Below, piece after piece: positions 50,277 through 63,497 of a stretch of DNA of 64,000 nucleotides. The notes beneath the pieces are model-generated. The model saw only the letters and a program-made list of their open reading frames with translations. It did not search any database and was not told the origin of the DNA. The DNA lies in assembly GCF_001194135.2 (NCBI RefSeq), contig NC_068998.1, forward strand, positions 45,241,957 through 45,305,956, written 5' to 3'. Each line of letters begins with the position of its first letter. Position 1 is the first letter of the stretch. This DNA is from Octopus bimaculoides. Its lineage: Eukaryota. The translations under genes and the position numbers were made by a program.

Positions 50277-50515
50277 ATTGTCCCCCCACCATCACTTGAC
50301 AACCAATGTGTCTTCACATCCCCGTAACTTAGCGGCTTGACAACCGATGCTGGTGTGTTTAGGTCCCCGTAACTTAGCGGTTTGGCAAAAGAGACTGATT
50401 GAATAAGTACTAGGCTTACAAAGAATAAGTCCTGGGGTCGATTTGTTCAACTAGAGGCCGTGCTCCAGCATGGCCGCAGTCAAATGACTGAAACAAATAA
50501 AAGAACAAAGAACAA
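49543..50515 (+). mobile_element. SINE family AB copy split by a gap in its internal microsatellite
   Basis: Head 49543-49703, gap, 3' half 50270-50515 with an internal duplication of ccccgtaacttagcgg. Confidence 0.88.
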
Positions 50516-50689
50516 ATGCTATTGCAAGGAATGCTGCAAAGGGACATAGAAACAGCCCTTCAGTAACATGACTCCTAATAGTAGAATCATTTATTCATCT
50601 TCATCATGTCTAAAGGGGTCACAAAAATGAACGCTTTAAGTTTTCACATTGAAAACATAAAACAATATTGATATCTTTTATCTAGTTTC

Positions 50690-50890
50690 AGTTATCATAT
50701 TCAGGCCATCCTGGAGCAATGCCTTCAAGTATTTTATTTGAACAAATTCATTCCAGTACTTTTTTTTTCTTCTTAAGCCTGGTGCTTATTCTGTCAGTCT
50801 CTTTTGCCAAACCACTAAGTTACAGGGGTATAATCATACCGACACTAGTTGTCAAGCAATGGTGGGAGACAAACTTAGACACAAAGACAC
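50690..50890 (-). mobile_element. SINE family AB, 3' half
   Basis: ttgccaaaccactaagttacagggg...tagttgtcaagcaatggtgggagacaaac is the reverse complement of the B-half. Confidence 0.75.
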
Positions 50891-50947
50891 ACCCCACCCA
50901 TATATATCTATATATCTGTGTGTATTTTTGTATGTATGTGTCTGTGA

Positions 50948-50979
<32 letters not shown>

Positions 50980-51177
50980 TTATTTAGGGTTGTTTGTAGA
51001 AATACATAAATCCGGAAGAGAAGCACACTCTAAGATGTAGAGCAGTTAATATTATAGTGGGGTAAGCTGGTTTATGGGGATACCCTGGGTTTCTCACTTA
51101 TAGGGGGTTTATTTAACCTTATGATGTATCTGCAGACCCCAAACACTGCTAGCCTGAGACCTCTTTAGGTCTTTAAA

Positions 51178-51214
<37 letters not shown>

Positions 51215-51360
51215 TGACAGGATTCTTTCAGTTTCCATCTATCACATCCTCTCACAATGCTTTGGTCTGCCCAAGGCTATAGTAGAAGACTTTTGCCCAA
51301 GGTGCCACACACTGATACTGAACCTGGAACCATGTGGATGAGAAGCAAACTTCTTAGATC
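51215..51360 (-). mobile_element. SINE family AB, 5' half
   Basis: ttctttcagtttccatcta...gctatagtagaagac..ttgcccaaggtgccac...gaacctggaaccatgtgg. Confidence 0.8.
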
Positions 51361-51675
51361 CACAAGTCTTAATCAACTTTTAGTTGTGCCATTTCCGTAA
51401 AAGCAATCACATCCAAAATAGGTAAAATACACTTCATAGAACCACATTTACTTCTGTAGACTGCAATGGTATAATTTATTTGCTTTTGTTTCTTTTATAA
51501 TGTTCACTGAGAATAATTACCTTTAGTTTTCCCCACGAGGATTAGGGATTAAGATTTCTTTGGAAGGAGAAAATGCAAGTTGTCATGACATTCATTGCCA
51601 AAGAGTATTAACAAGTGAAGTAAAGCGAAAGTATTATAAACTAAGAATCGGTGTTTGTGTGCAGACTCAGCTTAC

Positions 51676-51775
51676 CAAGAATCTACTTTCTGTTATATCA
51701 TACATGCACAGAACATCATACATCATGTTCAGCCCTGATATCTCAGCTCTACACAGAAGTGTTGGCCTTGTTAGT
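51676..51775 (-). CDS. Candidate minus-strand exon (LTRPTLLCRAEISGLNMMYDVLCMYDITESRFL)
   Basis: tttatattttatcatttcag| acceptor and TTG|gtaagc donor; a single open frame across 100 nt. Confidence 0.35.
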
Positions 51776-52039
51776 CTGAAATGATAAAATATAAATTACA
51801 TTGCTCTGTTGTCAGTATTAATGACAACTTTAATTACATTTGTCAGATTAACAATGATTGCAATAGTGACATTTCAATTCTTTCTTTCGGTTTGGACCCT
51901 GTAATCAACACTTGGTCTATTTGTCTGTTTCTTTCTCCATCCTTCTTTCTCTGTCAGTACACACACACACACACATTCAAATTAATATAAACAGCTAGTT
52001 ACAATATAACAACATAAAGGAAAAATCTTATTTTTAATT

Positions 52040-52195
52040 TCCTCTCCTACCAAACCATGTTTCTTCATCAGCAAACCTTTTAGGGCCAGCATATACTTCA
52101 GTCAAAACCTCATTAGAGTGCTACTATCTTTTATGGAATGACACCACTGCTACAGGCACCAACATCCAAAAGAAGGCCATTCAACTGATAGGCAG
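52040..52195 (+). pseudogene. Decayed CR1/Jockey-group LINE fragment
   Basis: ECYYLLWNDTTATGTNIQKKAIQLIG resembles the LINE EYC-W-IQ-KA-R-I motif after the RT domain. Confidence 0.4.
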
Positions 52196-52544
52196 TTGGT
52201 ATCGAAAATTTATCATTAGGTCTTTTTTTTTTAGTTATTTATTTTACCTTATGACCAAGTCAGATGATGTCAGATGATGTCAGTGGAGTTCACAAAATTT
52301 CTAATGCTAAATCTACAATGGCAGACATTGAGATGATAGTTAGACACCATATTGTGTTTTAAGTATGATTTAGCCCTTGACATCAAGAAAATTGAGGAAC
52401 ATATTATTGACTACATAAAATATAGGGATTGCATTTATTTGCTATGAGAAAGTAGAGAGGAAATGTTTCTCAATTCAGATTCTTTGGCCTGTTTTTCCTG
52501 GCTCTCCCATGAAATATTTTTATTTCTCATCAGCTTCTGGTATA

Positions 52545-52765
52545 ATTCCGATTTCAAATTTTTGCACAAGGCCAGCAATTCAGGGAAGAAGCTAAGTTGA
52601 TTAGATCAACCCCCAGTGTTCAACTGGTACTCATCTTATTGACCCCCGAAAGGGTGAAAGTTAAAGTCAACCTCGGCAGCATTTGAACTCAGAACATAAA
52701 CACAGACAAAAGGCTGCTAAGCATTTTTCCCAGCATGCTAATGGTTCTGCCAACTCACTGCCTTA
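52545..52765 (-). mobile_element. SINE family D copy
   Basis: ccccagtgttcaactggtactcatcttattgacccccgaaagggtgaaag...atttgaactcagaac...ctgccaactcactgcc. Confidence 0.85.
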
Positions 52766-53077
52766 GCTTCTAGTGTAACATTAAGAGAATATTGATCTAC
52801 TACTAAGAGTAATAAAACTGTCAAAACATTTAAATTCCATTGTGATAGCTGTCTATATTCAATACGCCCAAATATAATTTGGTCACCATGCTGGCTTTTA
52901 TATATCTTTACAATAAACATATGTATGCATATGTGCAAGTATATTTATAATTATCTGTGTGGTGCACAAATTAATGATTAGTAGCCACTCTCACACAACC
53001 AGGTTCAAATTTAGTCAATCATCATTTTTCACTGGAAACAGTACTTCTCATTTATGTACAGGCTATATACACAGAAA

Positions 53078-53386
53078 GTGGAGGCGCAATGGCCCAGTGG
53101 TTAGGGTAGCGGACTCGCGGTCATAGAATCGTGGTTTCGATTCCCAGACCGGGCGTTGTGAGTGTTTATTGAGCGAAAACACCTAAAGCTCCACGAGGCT
53201 CTGGCAGGGGATGGCGAACCCTGCTGTACTCTTTCACCACAACTTTCTCTCACTCTTACTTCTTGTTTCTGTTGTGTCAGCCTTGTCACACTCTGTGTCA
53301 CGCTGAATATCCCCGAGAACTATGTTAAGGGTACACGTGTCTGTGGAGTGCTCAGCCACTTGCATGTTAATTTCACGAGCAGGCTG
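53078..53386 (+). mobile_element. SINE family C copy (3' end in gap)
   Basis: gtggaggcgcaatggcccagtggttagggtagcggactcgcggtc...; near-identical to the 7742 copy apart from internal deletions. Confidence 0.92.
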
Positions 53387-54197
53387 NNNNNNNNNNNNNN
53401 NNNNNNNNNNNNNNNNNNNNNNNNNNNNNNNNNNNNNNNNNNNNNNNNNNNNNNNNNNNNNNNNNNNNNNNNNNNNNNNNNNNNNNNNNNNNNNNNNNNN
53501 NNNNNNNNNNNNNNNNNNNNNNNNNNNNNNNNNNNNNNNNNNNNNNNNNNNNNNNNNNNNNNNNNNNNNNNNNNNNNNNNNNNNNNNNNNNNNNNNNNNN
53601 NNNNNNNNNNNNNNNNNNNNNNNNNNNNNNNNNNNNNNNNNNNNNNNNNNNNNNNNNNNNNNNNNNNNNNNNNNNNNNNNNNNNNNNNNNNNNNNNNNNN
53701 NNNNNNNNNNNNNNNNNNNNNNNNNNNNNNNNNNNNNNNNNNNNNNNNNNNNNNNNNNNNNNNNNNNNNNNNNNNNNNNNNNNNNNNNNNNNNNNNNNNN
53801 NNNNNNNNNNNNNNNNNNNNNNNNNNNNNNNNNNNNNNNNNNNNNNNNNNNNNNNNNNNNNNNNNNNNNNNNNNNNNNNNNNNNNNNNNNNNNNNNNNNN
53901 NNNNNNNNNNNNNNNNNNNNNNNNNNNNNNNNNNNNNNNNNNNNNNNNNNNNNNNNNNNNNNNNNNNNNNNNNNNNNNNNNNNNNNNNNNNNNNNNNNNN
54001 NNNNNNNNNNNNNNNNNNNNNNNNNNNNNNNNNNNNNNNNNNNNNNNNNNNNNNNNNNNNNNNNNNNNNNNNNNNNNNNNNNNNNNNNNNNNNNNNNNNN
54101 NNNNNNNNNNNNNNNNNNNNNNNNNNNNNNNNNNNNNNNNNNNNNNNNNNNNNNNNNNNNNNNNNNNNNNNNNNNNNNNNNNNNNNNNNNNNNNNNN

Positions 54198-54233
<36 letters not shown>

Positions 54234-54247
54234 TATATATATATATA

Positions 54248-54406
54248 CTCTCGGAATGGTTGGCGTTAGGAAGGGCATCCAGCTGTAGAAACTCTGCCAA
54301 ATCAGATTGGAGCCTGGTGTAGACTTTGGGTTCCACCAGTCCTCAGTCAAATCGTCCAACCCATGCTAGCATGGAAAGCGGATGTTAAACGATGATGATG
54401 ATGATG

Positions 54407-54410
<4 letters not shown>
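54248..54410 (-). mobile_element. SINE family E fragment
   Basis: ggttggcgttaggaagggcatccagctgtagaaactctgccaaatcagattggagcctgg...catgctagcatggaaagcggatgttaaacgatgatg. Confidence 0.88.
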
Positions 54411-54442
<32 letters not shown>

Positions 54443-57237
54443 AGAGTAAGCACATAAATGTGAAACAAGGTGGAGAAAAAAGTACTCAAATACCAGAGGT
54501 AGAATAATATGCTTTATTAAAAGCAGCATAAATATCACAGAAGATGTAGCAAAACTGTCCAACGAATGGGAACGTGAAACTCTGTGTAATAGTTTTTGTG
54601 ATATTTCTGCTGCTTTTAATAAAGTATATATATATATATACATATTATTGTTGTTTCTTTCTTGCACATACCATAAACTCTTATGCTTTCATAAATTAAC
54701 ATATATTAACAGTTAGTGATGCTATAGTTTTCGTTTCTTTAAACTTTATTTTTGCACACATTAGCAGTGGAATAATTGAATCAAATTATGTGCATGTGTG
54801 TATGTATGGTGTGTTGTTTAGTGCGTGTGTATGCGTGTGTGTGTGTGTGTACATATTTTTCCATTCATAATAATAATAATCTGTTCATAAACTTAATTCT
54901 CTAGTTCCCATCCTCTCTCAACTCTCNNNNNNNNNNNNNNNNNNNNNNNNNNNNNNNNNNNNNNNNNNNNNNNNNNNNNNNNNNNNNNNNNNNNNNNNNN
55001 NNNNNNNNNNNNNNNNNNNNNNNNNNNNNNNNNNNNNNNNNNNNNNNNNNNNNNNNNNNNNNNNNNNNNNNNNNNNNNNNNNNNNNNNNNNNNNNNNNNN
55101 NNNNNNNNNNNNNNNNNNNNNNNNNNNNNNNNNNNNNNNNNNNNNNNNNNNNNNNNNNNNNNNNNNNNNNNNNNNNNNNNNNNNNNNNNNNNNNNNNNNN
55201 NNNNNNNNNNNNNNNNNNNNNNNNNNNNNNNNNNNNNNNNNNNNNNNNNNNNNNNNNNNNNNNNNNNNNNNNNNNNNNNNNNNNNNNNNNNNNNNNNNNN
55301 NNNNNNNNNNNNNNNNNNNNNNNNNNNNNNNNNNNNNNNNNNNNNNNNNNNNNNNNNNNNNNNNNNNGATTTATAAGCTAACATAACTTAAGCTACCATG
55401 CAAATGTTTGTGTTTGAAGGTAAATGCCGTTTATGTATTTATTTTCACTTTTCTGCATTCACCCTGCATTGTCTCTTCTGTTTCCTGATTTTTATTTGAG
55501 GTGAGAAAAAAAAAAAAATCAAAGTTGTTCGTTCAGTCATTAATCATAAATTGCTTACAACTTTTTAATATTCATCTGAACACAAAATATACTAGTAAAG
55601 ATTTTCAGAAATATATTTTTATTCAAAGTTTTAAATTTCCTAAGAAAAAGAAGAAAAAAAATTTTTTTTTTTTTTTGTGCTCCTTAGATTTCTGCCTCTG
55701 TAAATTGAAATAAAATTTGCACCTTTTAAAAGCAAGTTCACTTTCATTCAAAATGTTACTATAATTATTAATTCTCACATTGAATATGAAGCCATACTTG
55801 AAATGCAATGGGCACTGAATGACATTCTTTTATATCAGATGCCAGCAGGAGATCACAATGGTTTCATCAACTTCCGATACTATCACTCCCTCTGGTGGTG
55901 CCAAGCAACATCTATACCTGTGTGTGTGTGCATGTACATATGTGTGTGTGAATGTGTGCATGATGTATGCATCAGCTTGTGCATGTGTAGAGTGTGTGTG
56001 TGCATAAATTATAACATTCATGTAATAACAAGATTTTTCTTCAGATTTTAATTTCAATATGAACATATCAGTAAAGGTAGATTTATATTAAATGAGTCAT
56101 GTATTTTAGACGGTTTTCTTCAATACTGAACAAGAAGGTAGCAATTTCTTTCAACCATTTTCCTGTACCTAGAACATAGATGCTTGAGGTTTGAGGATAG
56201 CAAACAGATAAATGAGAAGCAGATGGTTCTATGCATTGTGCTTATCAACAAAGCACATCATGTATACAGTTATTTTTTTCTTGAAGAACTCTCACGGTAA
56301 AACCTACATACAATAAACTGGAAGACCATCCAGAGAAAGTTTTATCTCTCCTCCTTATAATATAATGCATTAAACGAGCTGTGTAAATCCTTTTAAATCA
56401 GGAAGGATTATGTCTTTCCATGGAAATAAGATTTGTCAAATTATGAAGATCATTATGTCAGAAACTGATATTGGTACATTCAGATAATACAATCCACTGA
56501 AAATATTCTTCACTTGAAGAGGAAGAAGAAGTGAAGGCTGATTTCTATAAAATTGTGGTGAGAACATGTCCTAGGAAAAGACCCACCCCACACATACAAG
56601 CATGAAAATAACAGAAATAACATGATGTGGATGATGATGATGATGATGATGATGATATTGTTTGTATTTCCCCCACCCCACCCCCTTAAATTTAGATATC
56701 ATCACTGTTGTTATTTTCCATGGCTTAGAGATGTGTCAACTTGCCTATGAGGGCCAGTGCTTTCACATAGATCTCTGCCTGCTTTTACTTGGATATATCC
56801 ATATTCTGTCCTGGTCCAGATTCGACAGTAAATACTTTGTGTAATCTCCTCTTAGTGTGCATGGTCCCTTGATGTTCAGTTGCCATGGTTTTCAGGAATG
56901 AAACTCCATCAAGCCACGCCCGACCTTTCATCACACCTGACATATATAATCCAGGACTATTTTAATCATTATATTCAAACAATTTTTAAGATTGCACAGT
57001 GAAGTTTGATGAAAATATAGCTACTATATGTTGCAAAGTGAGCCATCATGTAGAGATTTTCGTTAGTTCTTTAGCAACATTTGATATATAAATATATATA
57101 TATACAAACACATACACATGCATAGATATATATCGATTTGTATGTGTGTTTATGTAGATATGATGGTCTGGTCTTTCTGACTACTCTGCATTCCATGCTG
57201 TTTTGCTTGGAGTTTTTTTTTTTTCCTTTTAAACTAG

Positions 57238-57278
57238 AGGCTCTTATTGTCAACAACTGTAAAGCTCTAGTGATGAAT
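57238..57278 (+). CDS. Candidate exon (ALIVNNCKALVMN)
   Basis: Strong acceptor ttttttttttttccttttaaactag|, donor AAT|gtattt, ends in phase 0 compatible with the 57492 exon. Confidence 0.3.
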
Positions 57279-57491
57279 GTATTTATTCTAATAACAGCAC
57301 CTCAGAAATTCTGCAAGCTCTGGGCCATCTCATAAAATAAAAATAGACATAAAACAAAATATAAAACTAACCATTTAGAATTTTTTTTTTAATAATCTAA
57401 AGAGCTTCCCAAAAAAAAAAAAAATCCATGATTTTTCTATTTCACTTAATTACCCCCCCAGAAGCAGCTTAAAAATTATCTGAAATTACAG

Positions 57492-57626
57492 TTAATCAGG
57501 GAAACAGGCAAAAAAAATATCGTTGCTGAGATGTTAAGTGAATTGTGCAAACAATTACATACCAATCCTGACAGATATATTTCCGCCGACCTTGAGGTGT
57601 ACAACAACTTCAATCAACTGTTGCGG
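57492..57626 (+). CDS. Candidate internal exon (LIRETGKKNIVAEMLSELCKQLHTNPDRYISADLEVYNNFNQLLR)
   Basis: aaattacag| and CGG|gtaaat; 135 nt phase 0 to 0; next acceptor atctcttacag| at 57721 continues in frame (MSNLYNCNKVCWRLIKMMNSG). Confidence 0.45.
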
Positions 57627-58914
57627 GTAAATAAATGTGTGTGCGTGTGTTTGTTCATTTGTTCGGCCGTTCAGTTCTGTGATCAGCTTAGTGGTTTTGC
57701 AGTTATTTTAATCTCTTACAGATGAGTAACCTTTACAACTGTAACAAAGTTTGCTGGAGGCTAATAAAAATGATGAACTCTGGTGTATAACAAACTCCAA
57801 AGTAGTAATCTTACAGAAATAACTCTGTTAAAACATGAAGAAACGATAAGCAGAATTGTTTTGAATTTCAATTATTTGTAGATTTTCTTTTTTTTTATAT
57901 AACTTCTAAAGTTAAATGATTCAGAAGTTTTACTATTTTCAAAATAATTTTTTTTATTCATTGTTTTCTTTCATTTCTTCTTATTTTTTTTTTATTCATA
58001 TTTTTTTCTCTTCATTTAATGGTGGTGCCCCAGCATGGTTGTAGTTCTGAAGCTGAAACTGGTAAAGAGCAAAAGAGTATAACATGGTGAATTTGTTTGT
58101 CATACTTGTTTAACAAGAAATTTCATCTGAAATCATGGGTTATTTTAAAACAATTTCTCTTTCATTATTTCTCCTTCTGTATTTCTACCTTTGTCTATGT
58201 TTTTTAAACATCAAAATCAAAATTCTTCTAGTCTTCAGAGACATTGGAGTTCACACAGACTCAGGTTATTTGTAACATAGTCCTATCTACACAAGTGCTG
58301 TACAAAGTGGGCCCAAGTTCTAATGGGCAACAGTAACATTTGTGTATCTACGAAAAACTCATATATTTGTGGAACATGATCTTTTTCAATACCACACCAT
58401 CTAATCTGATTGGTTTCTTTTATTTTTCACTTACCTAGGTATTCCTGCCATTCAGATCAGCTATGAGTATTTTCTGTTTCTTTCATTTTATTATAGTTTC
58501 ATTAAGATTTGTCCCTGAATACTTTGGCTTTATTTAGTCAACATTAGATGGACCAAAGCTGATATTAAAATAGCAGAAAAAGTTCCCTATCTCAGCTCTA
58601 TACTGTAACCCTTACAGCAAAATATAACAAAGTATTAACATAATTTTTTGTACATGACCCAATACCATTTTTTTTAGATCTTTAAACATTAATGCTCTTT
58701 CAAAATTTCTTTTTGATTTCATTTCTGTTAAAACAACATATGTACAATATAACAATTGGCAAACATGGTTATTAATGTGGTGGCTATAGGAATTTTGTGA
58801 ATAATTGTAGATAGCTTCTTCTGCAATCAAAGCCATAATTTTTTCATCAAATCAATTTTTGTGCTTGTTTGATGCTTATTTCATTGAAACACAAAATCAT
58901 GAAAGGCATTATAG

Positions 58915-59072
58915 ACTTGGCAGAATGAGAGCAGTACTAACTCATTAAGCTTACTAATTGATAGAAACAAAAGCGCCATTCAAAGACTGTTCAAAAGGAT
59001 GACTTCTAATCAAAATTTGTGGTTCAGTAAAATTTCTGTTCTTCTACAAAAAAATACGAGTGCCAATGTTTG
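58915..59072 (+). CDS. Candidate exon (..SLLIDRNKSAIQRLFKRMTSNQNLWFSKISVLLQKNTSANV)
   Basis: 158-nt open frame ending at a strong donor TG|gtaaga; acceptor position uncertain. Confidence 0.3.
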
Positions 59073-59179
59073 GTAAGATATATTTATTCAGAAAACAAAA
59101 CAAAACAAACGCTCAAATTCTGTTGTTTAAAACTGATTACTTATTGAGTTCTTGCTGTTGTTGTTGTCCTTACATGTTT

Positions 59180-59335
59180 TTAATTTATATTAGCCCTTGT
59201 GGCCAATAAAACCAGATTTAATTATTATTATTATTATTATTATTAATATCACAAGATATCAGAACATAAAGGCAGACGAAATACCACTAAGCATTCCGCC
59301 CAGTGTGCTAACGTTTCTGACAGCTTGCCACCTTA
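59180..59335 (-). mobile_element. SINE family D (head and tail, core deleted)
   Basis: tagcccttgtggccaataaa ... cagaacataaaggcagacgaaataccactaagcattccgcccagtgtgctaacgtttctgacagcttgccacc. Confidence 0.7.
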
Positions 59336-60122
59336 TAAAGGAGTAATATTGTGGGATATTCATTCTGTAACATGTATTTGTAGTGGATGTTAGAGAAGTG
59401 GCTCTATGACATGTTGATCAGTTTTGGTTGAAGAAACAGTTTTGCTGATTCATTAATCAATTACCATTACGTTACTGGTACATATTTGCAGTAGCTGTGA
59501 CAGGATTTGAACTCAGACAAGTAAGACAGCAGTAAAGAATCCATTCATGCTGATTCTTATTACACTGTTGACCAAGAAGACCCACCCACGATAACAGAAT
59601 TTAGATCCTAAAACCAAGGTGCCATGTAAAAATTCTTCGAGGCGGTGCCCCAGAATGGCCACAGTCTAATGCCTGAAACAAGTGAATGGTAAAAGATAAT
59701 TAAGAAATCAAATGTTAGCTATATCTCTCATCTCTGATTTACGTAAGAAAACATTGCCGTTTGCCTATTAAAACAGTATTATTTGTTGTTCTCTTAAAGC
59801 TTTAGGTTCCGGTTGTTTATTGATTTCTTATTCCTTGTTACTAGTTTTGTCTAACAATAGAGCTGAAGTTGGCTTTATGGAAAGGATCTGAACATAATGG
59901 CTTTTAAATTTGTGAATCTGGGTAGAAATATTCATTAACATGAAACAATATTGATATTCCACACCTATTTTACATTTTGGTGCAGTTTTATGATGAAATG
60001 TGCATATAAGTGTGAACACGTGCGTATGTGTATGTGTACCAAACTTGCTACTCAAGTACTTCCTAGGATATTAGTTTATCACAACGAATTTAGTTTCACA
60101 GGAAAAAGAAATAGTAGTAGTA

Positions 60123-60173
<51 letters not shown>

Positions 60174-61797
60174 TGAATGAATAAATAAATAAGGTACTTT
60201 AAAAATGTGATTAATCTCATTACATTTATTTTTAACAAAGCCAACATTGAAGAAGATATGAATGAAATCAGATGATTGATTGGTTGATTATAACAAATAT
60301 CCATCATGAAATATTGATAATTTAGCACGTGAATGATGACAAGGATGTATGTGTGTGTGTGTCCTTCCATGCGTGTTGTGCATGCTTTTAAACTATGTAG
60401 TTTCAAATATTGATTTCATTTTTATAGTTAATTAACTTCTTTATTCACCATTATTCATCACAATAAGCCATTTTTGCTTTATGCATCTGTGTCGTTTAAA
60501 AAAAAAACAAAAACAAACAAAATAATATGTGTAAAAATAACCCAACAAAATCCCTTAATAAAAGTACAGAATGTGTACTGCACTGGTAAAGAATTGTATT
60601 TGTATATATGTTCAATACAAAGTAATTCATTGGTGTTTTATAATTTAATTCCTATCTTCTTTCTTAGCTTAGACACCCATTGATTGTCAAAGATTGGCAG
60701 AAGAACTGGTATCTGAAATTTCTTGAATTTCCCAATAATTATTTCAGTCTGAATATTTAGTTTTTAGTCTTGCAATTTGATCCAGTTTCCAATAATTATC
60801 TTACTCTACATTTTGTTTGTTATTTAATGATCTTATTCGTGCAGGTTCAACTCTCTCTCTCTCCCCCACCACACTCTGTCACGCTGTATATATGTATATG
60901 TGTATGTGTGTATTGGGTGTTTTTTTGTTTGTTTGTTTTTTCTCATTTTCCCATTTTCTTTCCTCAAGAGAAATATACCAAAATAACATTTGTAAAAATA
61001 TTCTCTACATCAGTCATTTTCTTTATATGTTTGATTGTTTTCTCTTTTTGCTTTGCCAGTACATATACTAAAATTAGATATTTTTCTGTCTTTCTTTTGC
61101 AAGTTATGTCCAGAGATATCTTTTGTTTTGCTAATCTTATGTTTTTCTCCCAAGGTGGGGTTGGTTTACCCAGAGGGGTAGAAGTGGTAAGAAACAAGAG
61201 TGTATGACATTGTTATCTCCTGTTGAATTACAACACTGTGTATTTCAACAATCTATGACAATAGCCATTTAAACAGCTAAAGAGTTGAGCCATTGGAAGA
61301 GCTACGACAAGATCATTTAATTTACTAAAAATAGCAGCCAAAATCTTCAACTTACACCCTACTATTATAAGAAAAAATGGTGTGATGGATAATGTAGTTC
61401 TAGCCTAAGTCTGAAAGGTCACCCTTGGAATGTTTTTGATCACACACACACACAAACAAACAATTAATAATGGATTATAAGTATAGGAGATTTAGATGTA
61501 TTTCATGGCTAACTGGGTGTTAACTAAATATTTTGTTAAAGGTTATTAATAAACTCATTGAATTAATTATAAAATGGCAAATAATAAAAATAATTCTTCT
61601 TTTCTTTCTCCAATTATGTAGACAATAAAAAATCCATTAGCTTAAATAGTTTATTTATTTGATCCTCTAACAGTAATATGTGAGGCAAAACAACACTTTC
61701 AGTTGATTTCCTATGTAACCAGGAACAAGAAATTTAACCATAAACAGAATATAAAGCCTAACATGATTCATAAAATATAATTGTTCTGCTTGACTAG

Positions 61798-61899
61798 AGA
61801 CATATTCAGTACATTGTCACATTGGGAATCAGGTCTTGCAAAGTTCATCCTCTTGCTGACTCTCAGTGAGGCCAACTACAGAACCTGGCTGGTTCATAG
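61798..61899 (+). CDS. Candidate internal exon (DIFSTLSHWESGLAKFILLLTLSEANYRTWLVH)
   Basis: tgttctgcttgactag| and TAG|gtgagt; 102 nt phase 2 to 2; a single open frame. Confidence 0.4.
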
Positions 61900-62419
61900 G
61901 TGAGTTAGAATGCATATTATCAACTAAATCAAGTCTCAAATAGAAGAAAACAGAACAGATTGTGATGACAAGTGGATTATATATGAAAGGAGTAGACTAT
62001 AAGGTCAACGTTATATAATGCGGATGTTTAAGTGTATCTGAAGAGGCTTGTAAATAAAATCATAGAACTGGTTGTTTAAATTCACTGAGTTCTTAAAACA
62101 GTGGCAGCTGCTTTATATAAAAATAGATGTCTGTTAAAGTGAATTGATGATAGCGAAATTCATGAGTTAAGTTGTCAGAAACAAAATAATTAAACAATGT
62201 AGTTGTAAGATTGTTTGATGTTTCAGTTTTATTATGTATCGAGTTGTTTACTTAAATACACCCACACCCACACAGAGTACACAAATTTAATCTGTTTAAG
62301 AACATAAGTATGTATATATGAGTGTATGTATGTATGTATGTATGTATGTATGTTTGTATGCATAGATAGATAGCCATGTGTGTGTGTGTGTGTGTGTGTG
62401 TGCATGTATGTGTATATAT

Positions 62420-62707
62420 ATATACTCTTACTCTCTTTTACTCTTTTACTTGTTTCAGTCATTTGACTGTGGCCATGCTGGAGCACTGCCTTTTAGTCGA
62501 GCAAATCGACCCCAGGACTTATTCTTTGTAAGCCTAGTACTTATTCAATCAGTCTTTTTTGCCAAACCGCTAAGTTACAGGGACCTAAACACACCAGCAT
62601 TGGTTGTCAAGTGATGTTGGGGGGACAAACACAGACACGCAAACATATACATACACATACATATATATATATACATAAATACAACGGGCTTCTTTCAGTT
62701 TCTGTCT
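62420..62707 (-). mobile_element. SINE family AB copy (5' part in gap)
   Basis: ctcttttacttgtttcagtcatttgactgtggccatgctggagcac...ttgtcaagtgatgttgggggacaaac..acgggcttctttcagttt. Confidence 0.9.
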
Positions 62708-63459
62708 NNNNNNNNNNNNNNNNNNNNNNNNNNNNNNNNNNNNNNNNNNNNNNNNNNNNNNNNNNNNNNNNNNNNNNNNNNNNNNNNNNNNNNNNNNNNN
62801 NNNNNNNNNNNNNNNNNNNNNNNNNNNNNNNNNNNNNNNNNNNNNNNNNNNNNNNNNNNNNNNNNNNNNNNNNNNNNNNNNNNNNNNNNNNNNNNNNNNN
62901 NNNNNNNNNNNNNNNNNNNNNNNNNNNNNNNNNNNNNNNNNNNNNNNNNNNNNNNNNNNNNNNNNNNNNNNNNNNNNNNNNNNNNNNNNNNNNNNNNNNN
63001 NNNNNNNNNNNNNNNNNNNNNNNNNNNNNNNNNNNNNNNNNNNNNNNNNNNNNNNNNNNNNNNNNNNNNNNNNNNNNNNNNNNNNNNNNNNNNNNNNNNN
63101 NNNNNNNNNNNNNNNNATATATATATATATCTGTGTGTGTGTGTGTGTGTGTCTAAGTATCTGTGTATGTATGTATTTATGTATATATATGTATGTGTGT
63201 GTCTATGTATCTATGTATCTGTATGTATGCATATATATATAGATATAGATAAAGCTGTATATGTACATATATATATATATATATATATATACATACATAC
63301 ATACATATACATACATTTATATATATATATATATATACTTATGTGTATAAATATGCATATGTATCTGTATGTATATATATATGCATTTACATAAAAGTAT
63401 GTATATGTGTATATATATCTGTATATATATGTATATTTGTGCATAAATATATATATAAA

Positions 63460-63497
<38 letters not shown>

